DNA of 64,000 bases from Adineta vaga. Lineage: Eukaryota; Animalia; Rotifera. The stretch is from assembly GCA_021613535.1 (NCBI GenBank), contig CP075492.1:14632001-14696000 (forward strand), given 5' to 3'. Shown one piece after another: positions 35,363 through 48,030 of this stretch (the first letter of the stretch is position 1; every line of letters begins with the position of its first letter). A model generated the notes under the pieces. That model was not told where the DNA came from. It saw only the letters and a list, made by a program, of their open reading frames with translations, and ran no database searches. The position numbers and the translations under genes are program-made.

Positions 35363-35534
35363 TAAATTAACCTCTTATATATACTTTTTTTCGATCTTCA
35401 TGTTGACTCTTAATCAGATTGATGGTTTTATTTACTGTATATACACATATTTAATAAGAATTCAAATCTTTTACGATACAACATCTAATTATTAAGAGAA
35501 ATAGTTTATATTGAGTACAAATGTTGTGTTTCTT

Positions 35535-36887
35535 TCACTTTTCATTCATGTCGAATTTGTAAATATTACTTTTTGTGAAATATAATTTTCAGTTGTTGCA
35601 TCAATTCTTTACGGAAAAAAGTGGAACTGAAACAATGAATGTAAAAATTTATCTAGAAGTCAAAAAAGAAAAATGTTTACTTCATGATTATATAAAAAAA
35701 GAGAAAAAATTACGGCATAATTGAGACTTTTAATCCACCATGTTATTGTCAATATATTAATAATCAGATTAATTTCACTAATTGCGGTAGTTCTCGGCAG
35801 AATTATTCTTGATAAGCCTAAGGGAAGATTCGTCAATACAAAGATACAAATACTTGTCAGTACTAAAATAAACATTTGATTTTGAATATTTCCTTGTCGA
35901 TTATTCGGTTGGCTACCATGTTCAACTTGATTCGGAATAATCACTGCTCTTCTATGTATACGAACATTGATAAAAATATCAAACAGAATAATTAACATCA
36001 AAGAAGCTGGTATCAAACAGACTATTAAAATCTAAATAGACAATTTATAATGGCTCTTTATTTGAAGAATAGAATAAATTCTTGATACTAATTTTCCATG
36101 AATGAATTATGTTTTTACTTTAATTTAGAGAAAGTATTCTTCTTGAAATATGACTGAAATAGTCATTGAATTCAACTTATGAGCGGATATAAACAAAGCG
36201 TTTCGAATGAAACAAAACTAATATATCATCTTTCTACCTGAATAATATTCCATGTTAAGTAATAGAAGAAGAAATATTCGCTATTATAAATTGGTGGTCC
36301 ACAAGCTAAACTGGCATGTCCTGGTAATGATATTCCAAATAATGGAGTTAATATATGAGAATGAAGGCCAATATCTATCATAATTAACATTGCGACTGCT
36401 ATGAGAACTTTTTTGGGCGTACATATCGAGTTCGATTTGAACGGAAATCGTGTCCGAATCCAACGATCTATCGAAACGATTACCAATATCCATGCTGATG
36501 CTACTTGCGCTACATTCATAACGAATGTACGAAATCGACATAGTTCACTGTACGCAACATGACGATAGAGAGGAACCTAATTCAAAAAGAAAACAATGTA
36601 TTTTTTTAGCAATGAACTAGTAGTACCTTAAAACCAAATTCAATATAATCAAAGACACTCATAAGTAGACATAAAATATCCGAAGTAGCTAAACAAATGA
36701 AGAGACATCCAGTTGATATCTTTCGTAGTTTTGATCGAGAAAAAGTAAGTAAACTAGCCGTATTGCCAATAAAACCAAGTAAAAATGTAATGGAATAACC
36801 GATTTGATAGAATCGAATGGTGATCAATGGATTAAAGAAAGAATCATAGAAATAGTCCAGGAAATTAACTGGAGTTGTATTATTCAT
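35535..36887 (-). CDS. Orphan class A GPCR, four exons
   Basis: ORF pieces 36606-36992, 36226-36519 and 35660-36016 plus a last exon splice in frame (GFK|VPL, IIQ|ILI, NYA|INFYIHC). Motifs GFIGN, LATSD, SIDRW. Confidence 0.88.
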
Positions 36888-37332
36888 CTTTGAAGTTGCA
36901 AAGAAATGAAAATAAATAAGACAATAAAGATTGTCATATAAAAATTGCCTGAAAAAGTAAGTGACATTTGAGAGAAATCCTTCTCTTTTCATACTAAAAG
37001 GGAAGTTATTACATTGAATGACTATCGAATATAAAAAAAGTTGTTTTTAATTTTGAGGGTATGAGTGTATGTGGACTCATAATATAAGATTCTAATGTCC
37101 ACATAAAATGATTTTAAACATGTTTCTACAGATATCCTTTTATTCAAACTCCCAACAATCTCTGTTTCCAGTCATAGATGATCATTAATGTATGCATTCT
37201 TATAATTATGTCTATATAAATGAACACGTGAATGAACCAAAGATTTATTTCAGTTTATTTTTAATTAATCTTGGGTTAATGAAGAGAACTTTCAATTTAA
37301 ACAATTATTTTTGAATACTAAATTCTATTATC

Positions 37333-38771
37333 TCATTTTGGATATTGATATATTTCAAGAACGTCGCTTGTATCACTATCTTTCTTTCGAAGGAGAATTA
37401 AATTATTTTGAACTGTAATATCTGTTATATTTGATGATAAGATCCACTTTTGATCATACCGTTGCATATTGTTATCCAATACATAGCAATATTCTTTGTA
37501 TGGAATGCGAGAAAAAAATAACCAACCAGAATGGTTTGGCAAGTTAAATAATCTCGTCGTGTCTGGAAAATGCTCATAGTCGGTTTCTATGCGACGAAGA
37601 GTTGACATACCACGATTTCTCAATTTAAAATAGAATAAACCTGTTGTTTTTTGCGAACTAATGAATTTTTCAATGATAACTGCAATATGAAACTCATTTA
37701 TTCGAATACATTTGATTTGATCATGTGGTTGACACGAAATCGGTGGACACCAAGAATTGCGTGGCAGCGTATCAATGTGCCATTTGTGATTAGGTGTTGA
37801 CCATTCGTCAATTTTTTTATTGTAAACAATTAAGACAATCTGTTTATAACATGTTAGCATTTTGATATTGTAATTCGATTTAGGAAAAATCTCTTCGCGT
37901 GATCCAGTATTAGGGTCGATCTGATATAATACAGTTGGATTTTTGGACTTAGGAATATTGAGTAACGTCAGAAATCGTCCTATATTTGCACACCAATGTA
38001 TTTCAATCGTGTCAGAAAATCCGTGCAGACTTCGCCATGAATTAACATTCAGATATATGTAACAGGTAATTGATTCAAACAGTTGAATGCTATGCTGGAA
38101 TCGCTTATTGGGTACATTCGACCTGGCTGTATAAACGACAGATCAATAGATTTCCAAGGTTTTTTGGACGTTAGCAATTAGTCCACAAAATAGTAAACTG
38201 GGCCAGATGTTGAAACTGTAGGCAGAGGTGAAGGAGTCATCGATGGTAAAATCAGTTTGACATGGATTAATTCCTTCGAAATCTCACGAACTTTGGTTTC
38301 GATGGGAAAATATTCGATTTCATGCTTTAGTTGTTCAAATTTACTTGTCAATTGATCAATATCATTCTCACGTAATATAACTAGTTCATCAGATAGTTTA
38401 GAAAATTTCTCCTTCAACTTATTAGATTCAGTGCATATTATTGCTTGCAAATGTTGACGTGCGCATAGTGCTTGCTGTTAGATCAACTCGATTGTATTCA
38501 ATTCCCATTTATTGATGATATCGAATTGTGCTTGAATATCTGTAGACCATTGTTGCTCGTAAAGTGTTGAAATTTTATCTTGCAATGCATTTCTTTCATT
38601 CACAACTGTATTCTCAAGTAAATCGGTTAAATATTGCCGATGATCCGCGATATGTCGTGCACAAAAATATTTCTGACAGCCAAGACAATGTAGAATACCC
38701 ACTTTTGGTTTTTGCTCCTCAGCAATGGTTTCACATATAGCACAAAGATTTGGTAATGACGCACTTGCCAT
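37333..38771 (-). pseudogene. B-box-like zinc finger/coiled-coil protein with C-terminal beta-rich domain, disrupted
   Basis: CAIC…CLGCQKYFCARHIADH. In-frame TAA at 38478-38480 (ELI*QQAL) and 38178-38180 (FVD*LL). A frameshift near 38055 leads into the frame of ORF 37333-37860. Confidence 0.8.
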
Positions 38772-39184
38772 TATTTATTATCAAAAAAATAATGCCTGAC
38801 TATATTCTGATGTTGTTTGCTTTTGAATCAAACAGCAAAAACAAAATTCATTCACTACTCGAAATTTTTGCATGTTTCTTAATGCAATGAAATTCTTGTC
38901 AAAACAATTTTCATTTCTACAGCATCAAAAATAATATTCCTAGTGTTTCAACAAAGAATTGAATTCGTTCATAATTACTGTAGATGTCGTATCATGCTAT
39001 AGTTTACATATACCATCTCATTTAAATGAAACGTATTTTCATTCGTTGTACAAAATCAACTGTATCATCATAATTCGTCCTCGTTACTCTTTTTCGTTCT
39101 CAATGTCAAATAACTTATGATCACTTTTTTTCTTTACAAATAATTTCGACTATACCTCTGTTCCAGCTCTCAAGAAATAAGATC

Positions 39185-39466
39185 ATGTTTTCATCATTTT
39201 CAAAAATTATTTTTCAATCACAACTATCTCGATCTTTAATTAAACAACAAAGTCCATTTGCATCAAGCAAAACAAATTCATCATCTCGATCAACATCGAA
39301 ACCAATCGCTGATCCATCAGACAAAGCTGGTCCACACACTCAAAAAGAACGTAGTGAATGGGAAAAAAAAGAACAAGGTTTTACTTCAGATACAGAAACA
39401 CGTCAAGAACGAATTCCTCCAAATGAAAAAAAGACGAACAACAAAATTAAATCATCAAAAAAATGA
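39185..39466 (+). CDS. Small hydrophilic protein with mitochondrial-presequence-like N-terminus
   Basis: The first ~40 residues are rich in S/K/R with no acidic residues; the remainder is highly charged with few hydrophobics. Confidence 0.55.
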   Translation: MFSSFSKIIFQSQLSRSLIKQQSPFASSKTNSSSRSTSKPIADPSDKAGPHTQKERSEWEKKEQGFTSDTETRQERIPPNEKKTNNKIKSSKK

Positions 39467-39700
39467 ACGCATCTTTTATTCGAACTAAAACTATTCTCTT
39501 CTTATGACTTATAATATAAATAAATTGCACTGAGAGAAAATTTTCTTACAGGCACTTTCTTCTTTTTGAAAGTAAACAAGTGATGTTGTTATTAACAACT
39601 TATGTTAATGCAGTTGCTTCAACGCCTATACTATTTCACATCGACAATTATTATTTCAAAGTGTGAAAAATCGTATCGAAGAAAACAACTCGTTTTATCG

Positions 39701-39919
39701 ATGGCAGGATCAAAAAGTATCAGTGAACATAATGAAAATATTCGTCAAATGCAATCTGAACTTGAAACATTACGATCTAAAGGTTCACATGCTGGAAGTT
39801 CGTACAATCGTCATATTGCAGATCGTATTGGTTATCTCAAAGCTCAAATTCATGTCGTTACTTTGAAACGTAATGAAGAAATTCGACAAAGTTATGCACG
39901 AAGTCCCAGGAACGAATAA
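39701..39919 (+). CDS. Small helical/coiled-coil hypothetical protein
   Basis: MAGSKSISEHNENIRQMQSELETLRS…; protein-like composition, with AATAAA overlapping the stop codon. Confidence 0.5.
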   Translation: MAGSKSISEHNENIRQMQSELETLRSKGSHAGSSYNRHIADRIGYLKAQIHVVTLKRNEEIRQSYARSPRNE

Positions 39920-40075
39920 AAACTATGTAAATTACATCGTTGAAAGGATTTTATTTTATTTTCAAAGACAAAAAGACGTAGATTGTCATTTTTATCAACG
40001 AGTTTTTTAATATATAAAATGCTTAAGTTTCTTTTATAAGAGATAAGACGATTCATCTTCACAAACTATACGAAA

Positions 40076-41020
40076 ATGTGCTTTATTGAAAAGAATGTTG
40101 TTGTTGTCTTAATTTCGTTTATTTTCTTTTTCAATTTATTGAACATATCAAATGCAGTAGATCCTTGTATTTATGATTTAAATCCCAAAGGTATTATTGA
40201 TTTAACAAGTGTTGGACATAAAGATGGTACACCTGTTTGGAAAGATGTTTTTCCAGAAAGAAAAGATGATCATGGTAATTATTATATTCAAATCAATCGT
40301 AATAAAAATCATTGATAAAGACATTATCCATCATTTTTCTAGTGTATTCTTACAATCCATGTCATTCATTTACTCAAGGTAATTGTGTAGATGTTGCTGC
40401 TTGTCAAGGTATAAGAAAATTTGATATCGTGTCTGCAAGAGAATAATTTGATGTAATTCTATTTGAAGCATATGCTACGGATGAGAAACTAACCTATTCA
40501 TTGGGTACTCAAAATAGTGTTCAATGGAGAACAACAGTTGATCAAGAAATACCAACATTGGTATATAAAAGTGCAGATCGAACGTTGGAAGTTAGTTTAA
40601 AATGTATCGGTGCAAAAGAATCTGATAAATTAGATGTAGTAGGAGTTGATTCAATAAAACAAATCTATCTCATGACATTATCTTCCAAATGTGCTTGTTG
40701 GAATGGGTGTAAAGGTTATTTCTTTGATTACATACTTATCATTAAATTAGATTCTATGATATATTTCAGGTGGTTCTGGTACGAAATCAAACGGTGAAAT
40801 AAGTGGAGGAAGCATTTTTCTTATCATCGTGTTGATTTTATTAATTGTCTATTTGATTGGTTTTATGGCATTCAATAAATTGAAGCGAAAAGCAACAGGA
40901 ATCGATATAATTCCACATCGTACATTTTGGGTTTCATTACCTAATTATGCAGTGGCAGGAACGAAGTTTACCTTTGGAAAAATAACGAACCAAAAAACAA
41001 ATTACAATGCTATCCCATAA
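40076..41020 (+). CDS. Cation-dependent mannose-6-phosphate receptor/ATG27-like type I membrane protein
   Basis: Four exons join in frame. Signal peptide, IDLTSV, YSYNPC, VAACQ, LSSKCAC, TM GGSIFLIIVLILLIVYLIG, IPHRTFWVSLP, and a terminal YNAI sorting motif. Confidence 0.88.
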
Positions 41021-41095
41021 AAGATAACTTTTTTTTCCAAATTTATTTCAATTTATAACGAAAGAATAAATAACTTTTCTCGTTTTATGTTACAA

Positions 41096-41467
41096 CTAAT
41101 AATAACAATAATTACAAAAACTTTCTTCATTATAATCAACTTTTCGCCATACAATGACTTCTAAATTACCTTCCATTCGTTGTTTTACTCGAAGTCCATG
41201 AGTTACAGGGCACATATCTTTCATATTTCCATTACATGTATGATTTCCATGTTTTCGTCGATCAGCATATTTTTTTGGACAACATCTACAACTTAAAGTT
41301 CGCCGTGCAAAACCATTATTATTATATGTCCACTTGCGCCAATGTCGACTCTCAGGATTTTTCTCTCGTCGTTGACGCTTATAAGCACTTCGTGTATTGT
41401 TTCGTTGCGTACGAGCTCGAGATTTAAATTGATCAGAAACAGTATCAAATGTGTAGTCGTTTGACAT
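41096..41467 (-). CDS. Small basic Arg/Cys-rich hypothetical protein
   Basis: 123-aa ORF with ATG start and protein-like composition; no recognisable family. Confidence 0.45.
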   Translation of the reverse strand: MSNDYTFDTVSDQFKSRARTQRNNTRSAYKRQRREKNPESRHWRKWTYNNNGFARRTLSCRCCPKKYADRRKHGNHTCNGNMKDMCPVTHGLRVKQRMEGNLEVIVWRKVDYNEESFCNYCYY

Positions 41468-42261
41468 ATAAAATGTATTTCTGAGATATTTGAAATCATG
41501 TAGTATAGATCTGTGTTTTTATACGTTTGTTGCGGCTTATTCATCGATACTGATGATACATTTTACAGAACGCAAAACAAAGTCAACGAAGAGGCATGCT
41601 TATCTTTCTTTTTGTTTTTCACTACATTATTTAGATAACGATGACTCATCTACTGATATATATCATGACGACATGCACTTTTGAATATAATACGATTTTC
41701 TTCTCCATACATTTTCATCCATCTGTTGCAATACCAATTTTTTTTATTCGTGATAGGATATGAAATGAATCATAACAATTGGAATCATTCAAGAAACAAA
41801 GTTCAGTTGATGCATTTCGTAGATGATACGGTCGACTAGAATAAACGAATTATTTTTCACATATGTTTGTTAAACTTTGTAATTTATCATTACAACATTT
41901 TTTTTAAAATACTTCCACTGAAGAAGACAAACGGTGACTATTCTTATTAGTTTTTGATGGAGGATTACACATATATTCATACAATTGAAGCATATTAAAC
42001 AACTTGACATGTCGTGATAGTTTAGCAAAGAGATACGATGCTGCGTTTTTTTTATTGAGCACAGTGCAAAGTATAAGATTCTCGATCTGTGAAGGATTGA
42101 TTTTAGTTTTTTTTTCGCTTACAAATTTTAATAATACAAATAAACGCTTCTTTATTTAGTTTTGAAAAACAGTATTTTAACTATTACACGAATTTTATCG
42201 AAAGAAACGACGGTAAAAAAACCAGAGAGCAAGTAAAAACACACCACAAAAGAACACTGGC

Positions 42262-43102
42262 TTATTTCTCGTCAGTTTTTGACACCAAAAAATTACGGCT
42301 AAGTAGGCAATGTGGAACAAAGAAGCTACTATCCTTCCGGATATCATTGAGATAAGTAAAATGTTCATCGGGTCCTAAGATAACTAATTCGGGTCCAAAA
42401 ACAATTCTTGATTGTTTATTTTTATAATCATAAATTTGAACAACTTCATTTTGTGGAACACAATACGTGACGACTTTCCATCGATCACGTTTTGTTGTTT
42501 TTGCATTTGTATTATTGGAATTGATATATCGATTAACTAATATATCTGCTTGAAGGAATCCTTCAATTTGTAATGGCAAATCTTTTTCCCATAATTCTTC
42601 ATGTTCTGTCAGTAAATAAGTGTTGCCAATAATTGCTCGAACACGACCTGTTTTCGTATCACGTACATAGATACCTTCATTTTCGTCTAGATCATAGAAA
42701 AGAGAATATTAGACATATTTAATAATCTAAAGAGGCGTAATCTACCTAATGGTATCGCTTTTCTTCGTAATAACACTTCAACTTGTGTCGGAGGAATATA
42801 TTCGCGTGGTCCTCGAAGAAGCCATCGATCACCTTCAATGACAAAAAATTAATCATTGAAATCAAACATATATTTACGAATTTACCTGCCATCCGTGTTA
42901 CTTTATCAATATCATCTTCAAATGATTCTGTACATCGAAGAATAAGACCTTCATCTTCTTCCAAGATATATATTTCTTGAATACCTTTTTCTAATTGTTC
43001 ATTCGGTTGTAAGAAGAAGGATTTTTCACCGATAATTAACTTCTTCTTTCCTAATTGATTCTTTCCATCAACTTCAATAAAAAAATCATTATTATATAAC
43101 AA

Positions 43103-43138
<36 letters not shown>

Positions 43139-44149
43139 TACCTCCAACTGGATTTAATATGACACAATATTGTCTCGAATTTAAGACTGTAATATCAATA
43201 GTCTTAATAAGTTCTTCATAGACATTTAAAATATGTGTTTCTGTTTGTTCGGATGTGATTAACCATTCATCTCCATTATTTCGTGTTTGACTAAAATCAT
43301 CTGTAAATGTATTCAACGCACGTAAATGCAATGCTCTTTTATTCGTTAAGATAAAAGCATCTTCAACATTAACAACTGTTTCATGTGCCAATGGTGTATA
43401 AGCACCTGGTTTTTTCACTAACCACTGTTCACCTGTTACACGACGCTGACCAAGACGATCGATAAGTTCTTTTTTCGCACTTAATTTTATTGCTTGATTT
43501 GGACCTATAATCGTTGCATTGATCTGTTCTTCAATCGTTACTTCTTTACGTGGAATATAAGTACCTTAAAAATATACAAACAAGTTTTCAATCGTTTATT
43601 GTATAGATAATAATAATGATCTACCTGGTCCTTCGAACAACCATTCATCACCTGCTTTTCGTTGTTCACTATGATCATCAAAATCAAGAATAGCTTTTAA
43701 TCGTAAAGCTGAATTAGCTGCAACATATTTCAATGGTGTGACCGGCTAGAATGTGATCATTTTCAAAAAGTTTATCTTCTCAATAATAGACATAAACATA
43801 CTTGTTTTAAAACTTCACCAGGATATAAAGGAAACGGTTCTTGATAATCATCATGCAATCGAATATTTACATTCGCATGTGATAATTTAATTTGTCCATT
43901 TTTATCAAATTCGACTTGTCCTATTTGATTTTTAATCACAGGATTTTCCACAATACAATAATGTCTCGGTGGTATTGTAATCATTTTTTCTGGCCCAAAA
44001 CAAATCGTTTCATTATCTTGTTTGAAAAATATCTTCGGTCCAATTTCTAAACGTGTTACACTTATATTCTGATCTAATACATGAATATAATAAAATGGTG
44101 GAATACGATAAATAGGACCAGTTTGGGATGAGATATTTTTCGATGACAT
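42262..44149 (-). CDS. MVP: Major vault protein, N-terminal repeats only (C-terminally truncated)
   Basis: Six exons in frame: [84 protein letters not shown]. Similarity ends at about 42350. Confidence 0.92.
43107..43134. repeat. (TA)n microsatellite within an MVP intron
   Basis: About 13 TA units; explains the YIYIYI runs in the ORF track. Confidence 0.9.
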
Positions 44150-44399
44150 ATTGTTGGAAGAAAACTAAATTCACTTGCTAACTATTTATAACAAACAATT
44201 GTGCGATAGTTGTGAAATATTTTTATTGAATCATCGCAATGTAGGCGCGTTATTGCACAATCAACATAGACGCACATATCATGATTTTCAAAGGACATAT
44301 TTGTTTTTCTTTCAACACTCGCAGCAAATGTCCTTTTATTTTCTATTAATAAAAGCGGAACTAAAAGAAGATCAAACATTTGTTTTACAGACTATCGAA

Positions 44400-45269
44400 T
44401 TATCCATTAAGTTCACCGGTTAAAATCCATCTAGTTCCTTCTTCATCTAATTCTTCTCTTGCTCGCTGTAGATATATCTCACTGTCTTCATCTGTTAATA
44501 TTCCTTTCCAACGATCATTCGTTCCTTGACAAAAAAATGACTTAGCGCCACCTAAAAACTGTTCTTTTTCTACCATTTTATCTGCATTTGTTTTCATATA
44601 ATTAAATGAACAATGTTCTAAAATATCATTCCATCGTAAAGGATCAATATCAATATTAAGAAATGTTGCAATTCGTTTGATTTCATTTGGTAAATCTTTT
44701 TTTAATTGATAATAATGAACTAAAAGTATATTTGGTAAATGACGCATATTCCACCAAGATTTTATATATGTGAAAAATGATGTTTCCGATTGAGCAACAA
44801 TATTTGATTCAAAAAGTTCATTGACAGAGTTCGGTTTGACAACACCTTCGGAAGTACCATTTATACGATGATTATAAATACTACATGCAACATCACGTCC
44901 GTCACGAGCAACAAAAATATATTTGGCTTTCGATGAGAAGAGAAGTGCATCAAATGGTAAATGACTTTTAATAAATCGTCGATGAGTTTGTTGTTCTAAA
45001 ATTTCGAGAACTTTCTCATTCGAACCATATTTGTCTTTATTGAAACGAAAATCAAGCCATGGTGAAACATCCTTTACATTGATAGACTCACTGCCATTGA
45101 ATATTAATTGACCAACGATTTGTTGCATCCATGTTGTACCACATTTTGGAAATGTGTCGATAATAATATCATTATCACGATATTGAAAATGATTCCATAG
45201 TTTGGAATCAAACCAAAAATTTTCAAGTTCGATTTTTTTCCTTGGATATAAAGTGTAGATGTCAGACAT
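44400..45269 (-). CDS. PAPS-dependent sulfotransferase (Sulfotransfer_1), intronless, bacterial-like
   Basis: 5'-PSB motif TFPKCGTTW, RRFIKSHLP, 3'-PB motif ARDGRDVACS, C-terminal FFCQGTNDRW. Confidence 0.92.
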   Translation of the reverse strand: MSDIYTLYPRKKIELENFWFDSKLWNHFQYRDNDIIIDTFPKCGTTWMQQIVGQLIFNGSESINVKDVSPWLDFRFNKDKYGSNEKVLEILEQQTHRRFIKSHLPFDALLFSSKAKYIFVARDGRDVACSIYNHRINGTSEGVVKPNSVNELFESNIVAQSETSFFTYIKSWWNMRHLPNILLVHYYQLKKDLPNEIKRIATFLNIDIDPLRWNDILEHCSFNYMKTNADKMVEKEQFLGGAKSFFCQGTNDRWKGILTDEDSEIYLQRAREELDEEGTRWILTGELNG

Positions 45270-46459
45270 TGTTCTCTTGTTAACGAAATGAAAAAGAATA
45301 GTTGTTGTTTTAAAGATTTCAAAAGGTAACATTTATATGCAAATCATGTATCAGTTCTACGACATTCTTTTCGTTCTTTCATGATGTAATTCCATAGAAA
45401 AAAAGGAAAAGAAAAAGTTCTGTTCGTCCATATTATGTGATCGACAGAGAAAGATCTGATTGCCATAGCTTTATCATTTGGATTAATTCGATGCATTACT
45501 ACGAGGAATGGTTCTTTCTTCGTTATATAGTTAATAAAAATGTCTCCAATACCCTATTGTTTTCTTTTCTTTTGTACTAAAATAGAATGTACTTTGCGTA
45601 TATATATTCTAGGTCATAGTCAGTACTCAATGAGATATGACTATTCGCGTTATTCGGGTATTTCAAAATCGATCAAGATGAATTGAATACAATAATGACC
45701 GCATAAATGCGTATAGATAACAATTTGTGTAATGATTTAAAACTTGATGCTTGTTTATTAGATGTCTATGAAATATTGCTTCAATATCTGGTAGGTGAGG
45801 GAAGATATCAATAATTCGTAATAATTAATTCTATTTACCAGTTTTATCTGTAATAAGAAAAATTCTCGTTTCATAACTATTGTTATCATCATATAATTTA
45901 TCATAACACACAATTGGAATACTTATTTGAAGTCTAATTGTATTTGAAATTTCAGATAGTATTGAAGATCTGTTTTTATCGAACAGCAATCAGAATTATA
46001 TATAAATGATATACTTTTATCACAAAATGATTGGATCCAATAAACATTCGTTGTTTTTTTATTATAGGAAAGTACCTAAAATTTATTCTTATTCATCACA
46101 AGCAATGCGTGATGTTGAGCCTCATAGTATTCTAGTTCGATCTGACAATTTCTGGGACGGTTTGAATCTAATCTTATTATTCCTTTTTTTTAGATTTATA
46201 ATCTCTAGGACATATATATATATATAGAAAAAGAATGAAATACTTCTGAAAATTTGTTAAAGAAAAGTTACTCGTGATTTTTAATATTTATCCCAATTAA
46301 AATACTATGGATTAGTAAGAAAAGAAGATTATTTTGTTGATACTTTGATCTATATCTTTTTATAATTGAATTTACGTAGCTTCAGCTATAAATTAATTAT
46401 CACGAAAGCAAAATGGACAATATAAAATTTACATTTTATTCACAAGAAAGAATATCAAT

Positions 46460-47592
46460 ATGGCAAATCTTGAAAATAAGGACGACTTTTCCAATTCATC
46501 ATCATTGCTTGTTATATCAAATCCTCCAATCCTTGTATTTTTGTATCGGTATGGATTGAGTTTCATCTTTTTCTTAGGTTTTATCGGTAATCTAGCAAGT
46601 GTAGTAACATTTCTACAACCAACATTACGTGTTACTTCGACTAGTTGTCTTTTCTTGATTTTGGCGATACTTGATACGATCTTTTTAATCGTATCGATTT
46701 TTGATTATGTTGAAGTTGGTTTGATTGAAAAACCCATATTAATGAATATCTACGATGTTCTATGTCGATTTCGTTGGTTTTCAAAAGGATTTATACAATT
46801 TTGTTCGGCTTGGATTTTAGTACTCATTGCAATAGATCGTTGGTTACGAACACGATATCCATTCAAAGCAAATACATGGTGTATACATCGAAATGTTGCT
46901 ATAGTTGTTTCATTTATTCTTATCATTGGCATTGTTTTAAATGGCCATATGTTAAGTGTTCAACTCTTCGGTAGTTTAATGCCAGGTATTGCAACATCAG
47001 CATGTGGACCTGCAAAGTCTTCTAGTTCATATGCTAATTTTTATCTTTCTCAATGGCCTTTTCTTCAAGTATGAGCGGAGAGTAATTTCATTCTCGGACA
47101 TAATTTATTTATTTATATTTTAGGTCGTTTTTATTTCGTTGATTCCTGTTTGTATCATGCTTTTCTGTAGTTTTGATATTTATCGAATCATTCAAAAGAA
47201 CAAAACTCGTATTCAACCGAATCAAACAAATCAACAAAAATTACATCGTCATGAACGTTTGAATCGGCAAATGTTAATCTTAATGACAACAAGTATTTTT
47301 ATCTTTTTCATTACAACATTGCCTGTCAGTCTTCGACGAATTCTCGCTGCATATGAAATATTAATTGGAAAGGAGAATAAGATACAGCAAATTGTTATTG
47401 ATACCGGTATCCTTACGATATTATTAACATTCAATTATGCAGTAAGTACATCTAAAATACATTAAAAATAAGTTAATCTGATGACTTATAATTGAATAGA
47501 TCAACTTCTATATTCATTGTTTAACATCAAACTTATTTCGCAATGAATTTCTTCAATGTTTAAAATTCATCTTTCGAACCATGAAGTATTAG
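46460..47592 (+). CDS. Orphan class A GPCR, three exons, paralogue of 35535-36887
   Basis: GFIGN, LAILD, AIDRW. Introns at FLQ|VVF and NYA|INFYIHC, in the same positions as in the paralogue. Confidence 0.88.
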
Positions 47593-48030
47593 TGAACAAT
47601 AGTACAACTGGAAATCCTCGTACTTGAATGACGGCTAATAAGAATGAACTTTCTTCTTGTAGAACGCTTGATTGCAAAGCAGTTCACACGTAAGTTTCAA
47701 TAGAACATGAAACAAATCAAACAGTGCTGTGTGTATCTATTTAAATAAAGAGAGAATACATCTTTGAATATTTATCGAGTTCGTATACTTGTATTGATAA
47801 ACAACCTATTCATCACATTTTACCTGCATATTTGATTGACAGAATAAATCATATTCGTCGTTTTATGAATAGATATCAATTCATTATCACAATGAAGCTT
47901 TCTTTCTTTTTCTACATACGCCATCCAAACATTCTATCTACTGAAATAAGTATAAAGAGACGAAGCACTCAATAATTACCAAGATTAAAGAGTAAACGAT
48001 TGCATTTTCAAATTGTATATTGCAACAGAC

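Noticed and set aside
1919-38480. In-frame TAA at positions where Gln fits (1919, 38178, 38478), suggesting TAA=Gln recoding or readthrough
   Set aside because: Many intact genes here end in TAA and have no internal TAA, and the affected loci also carry frameshifts. Ordinary CAA-to-TAA mutations in pseudogenes explain it.
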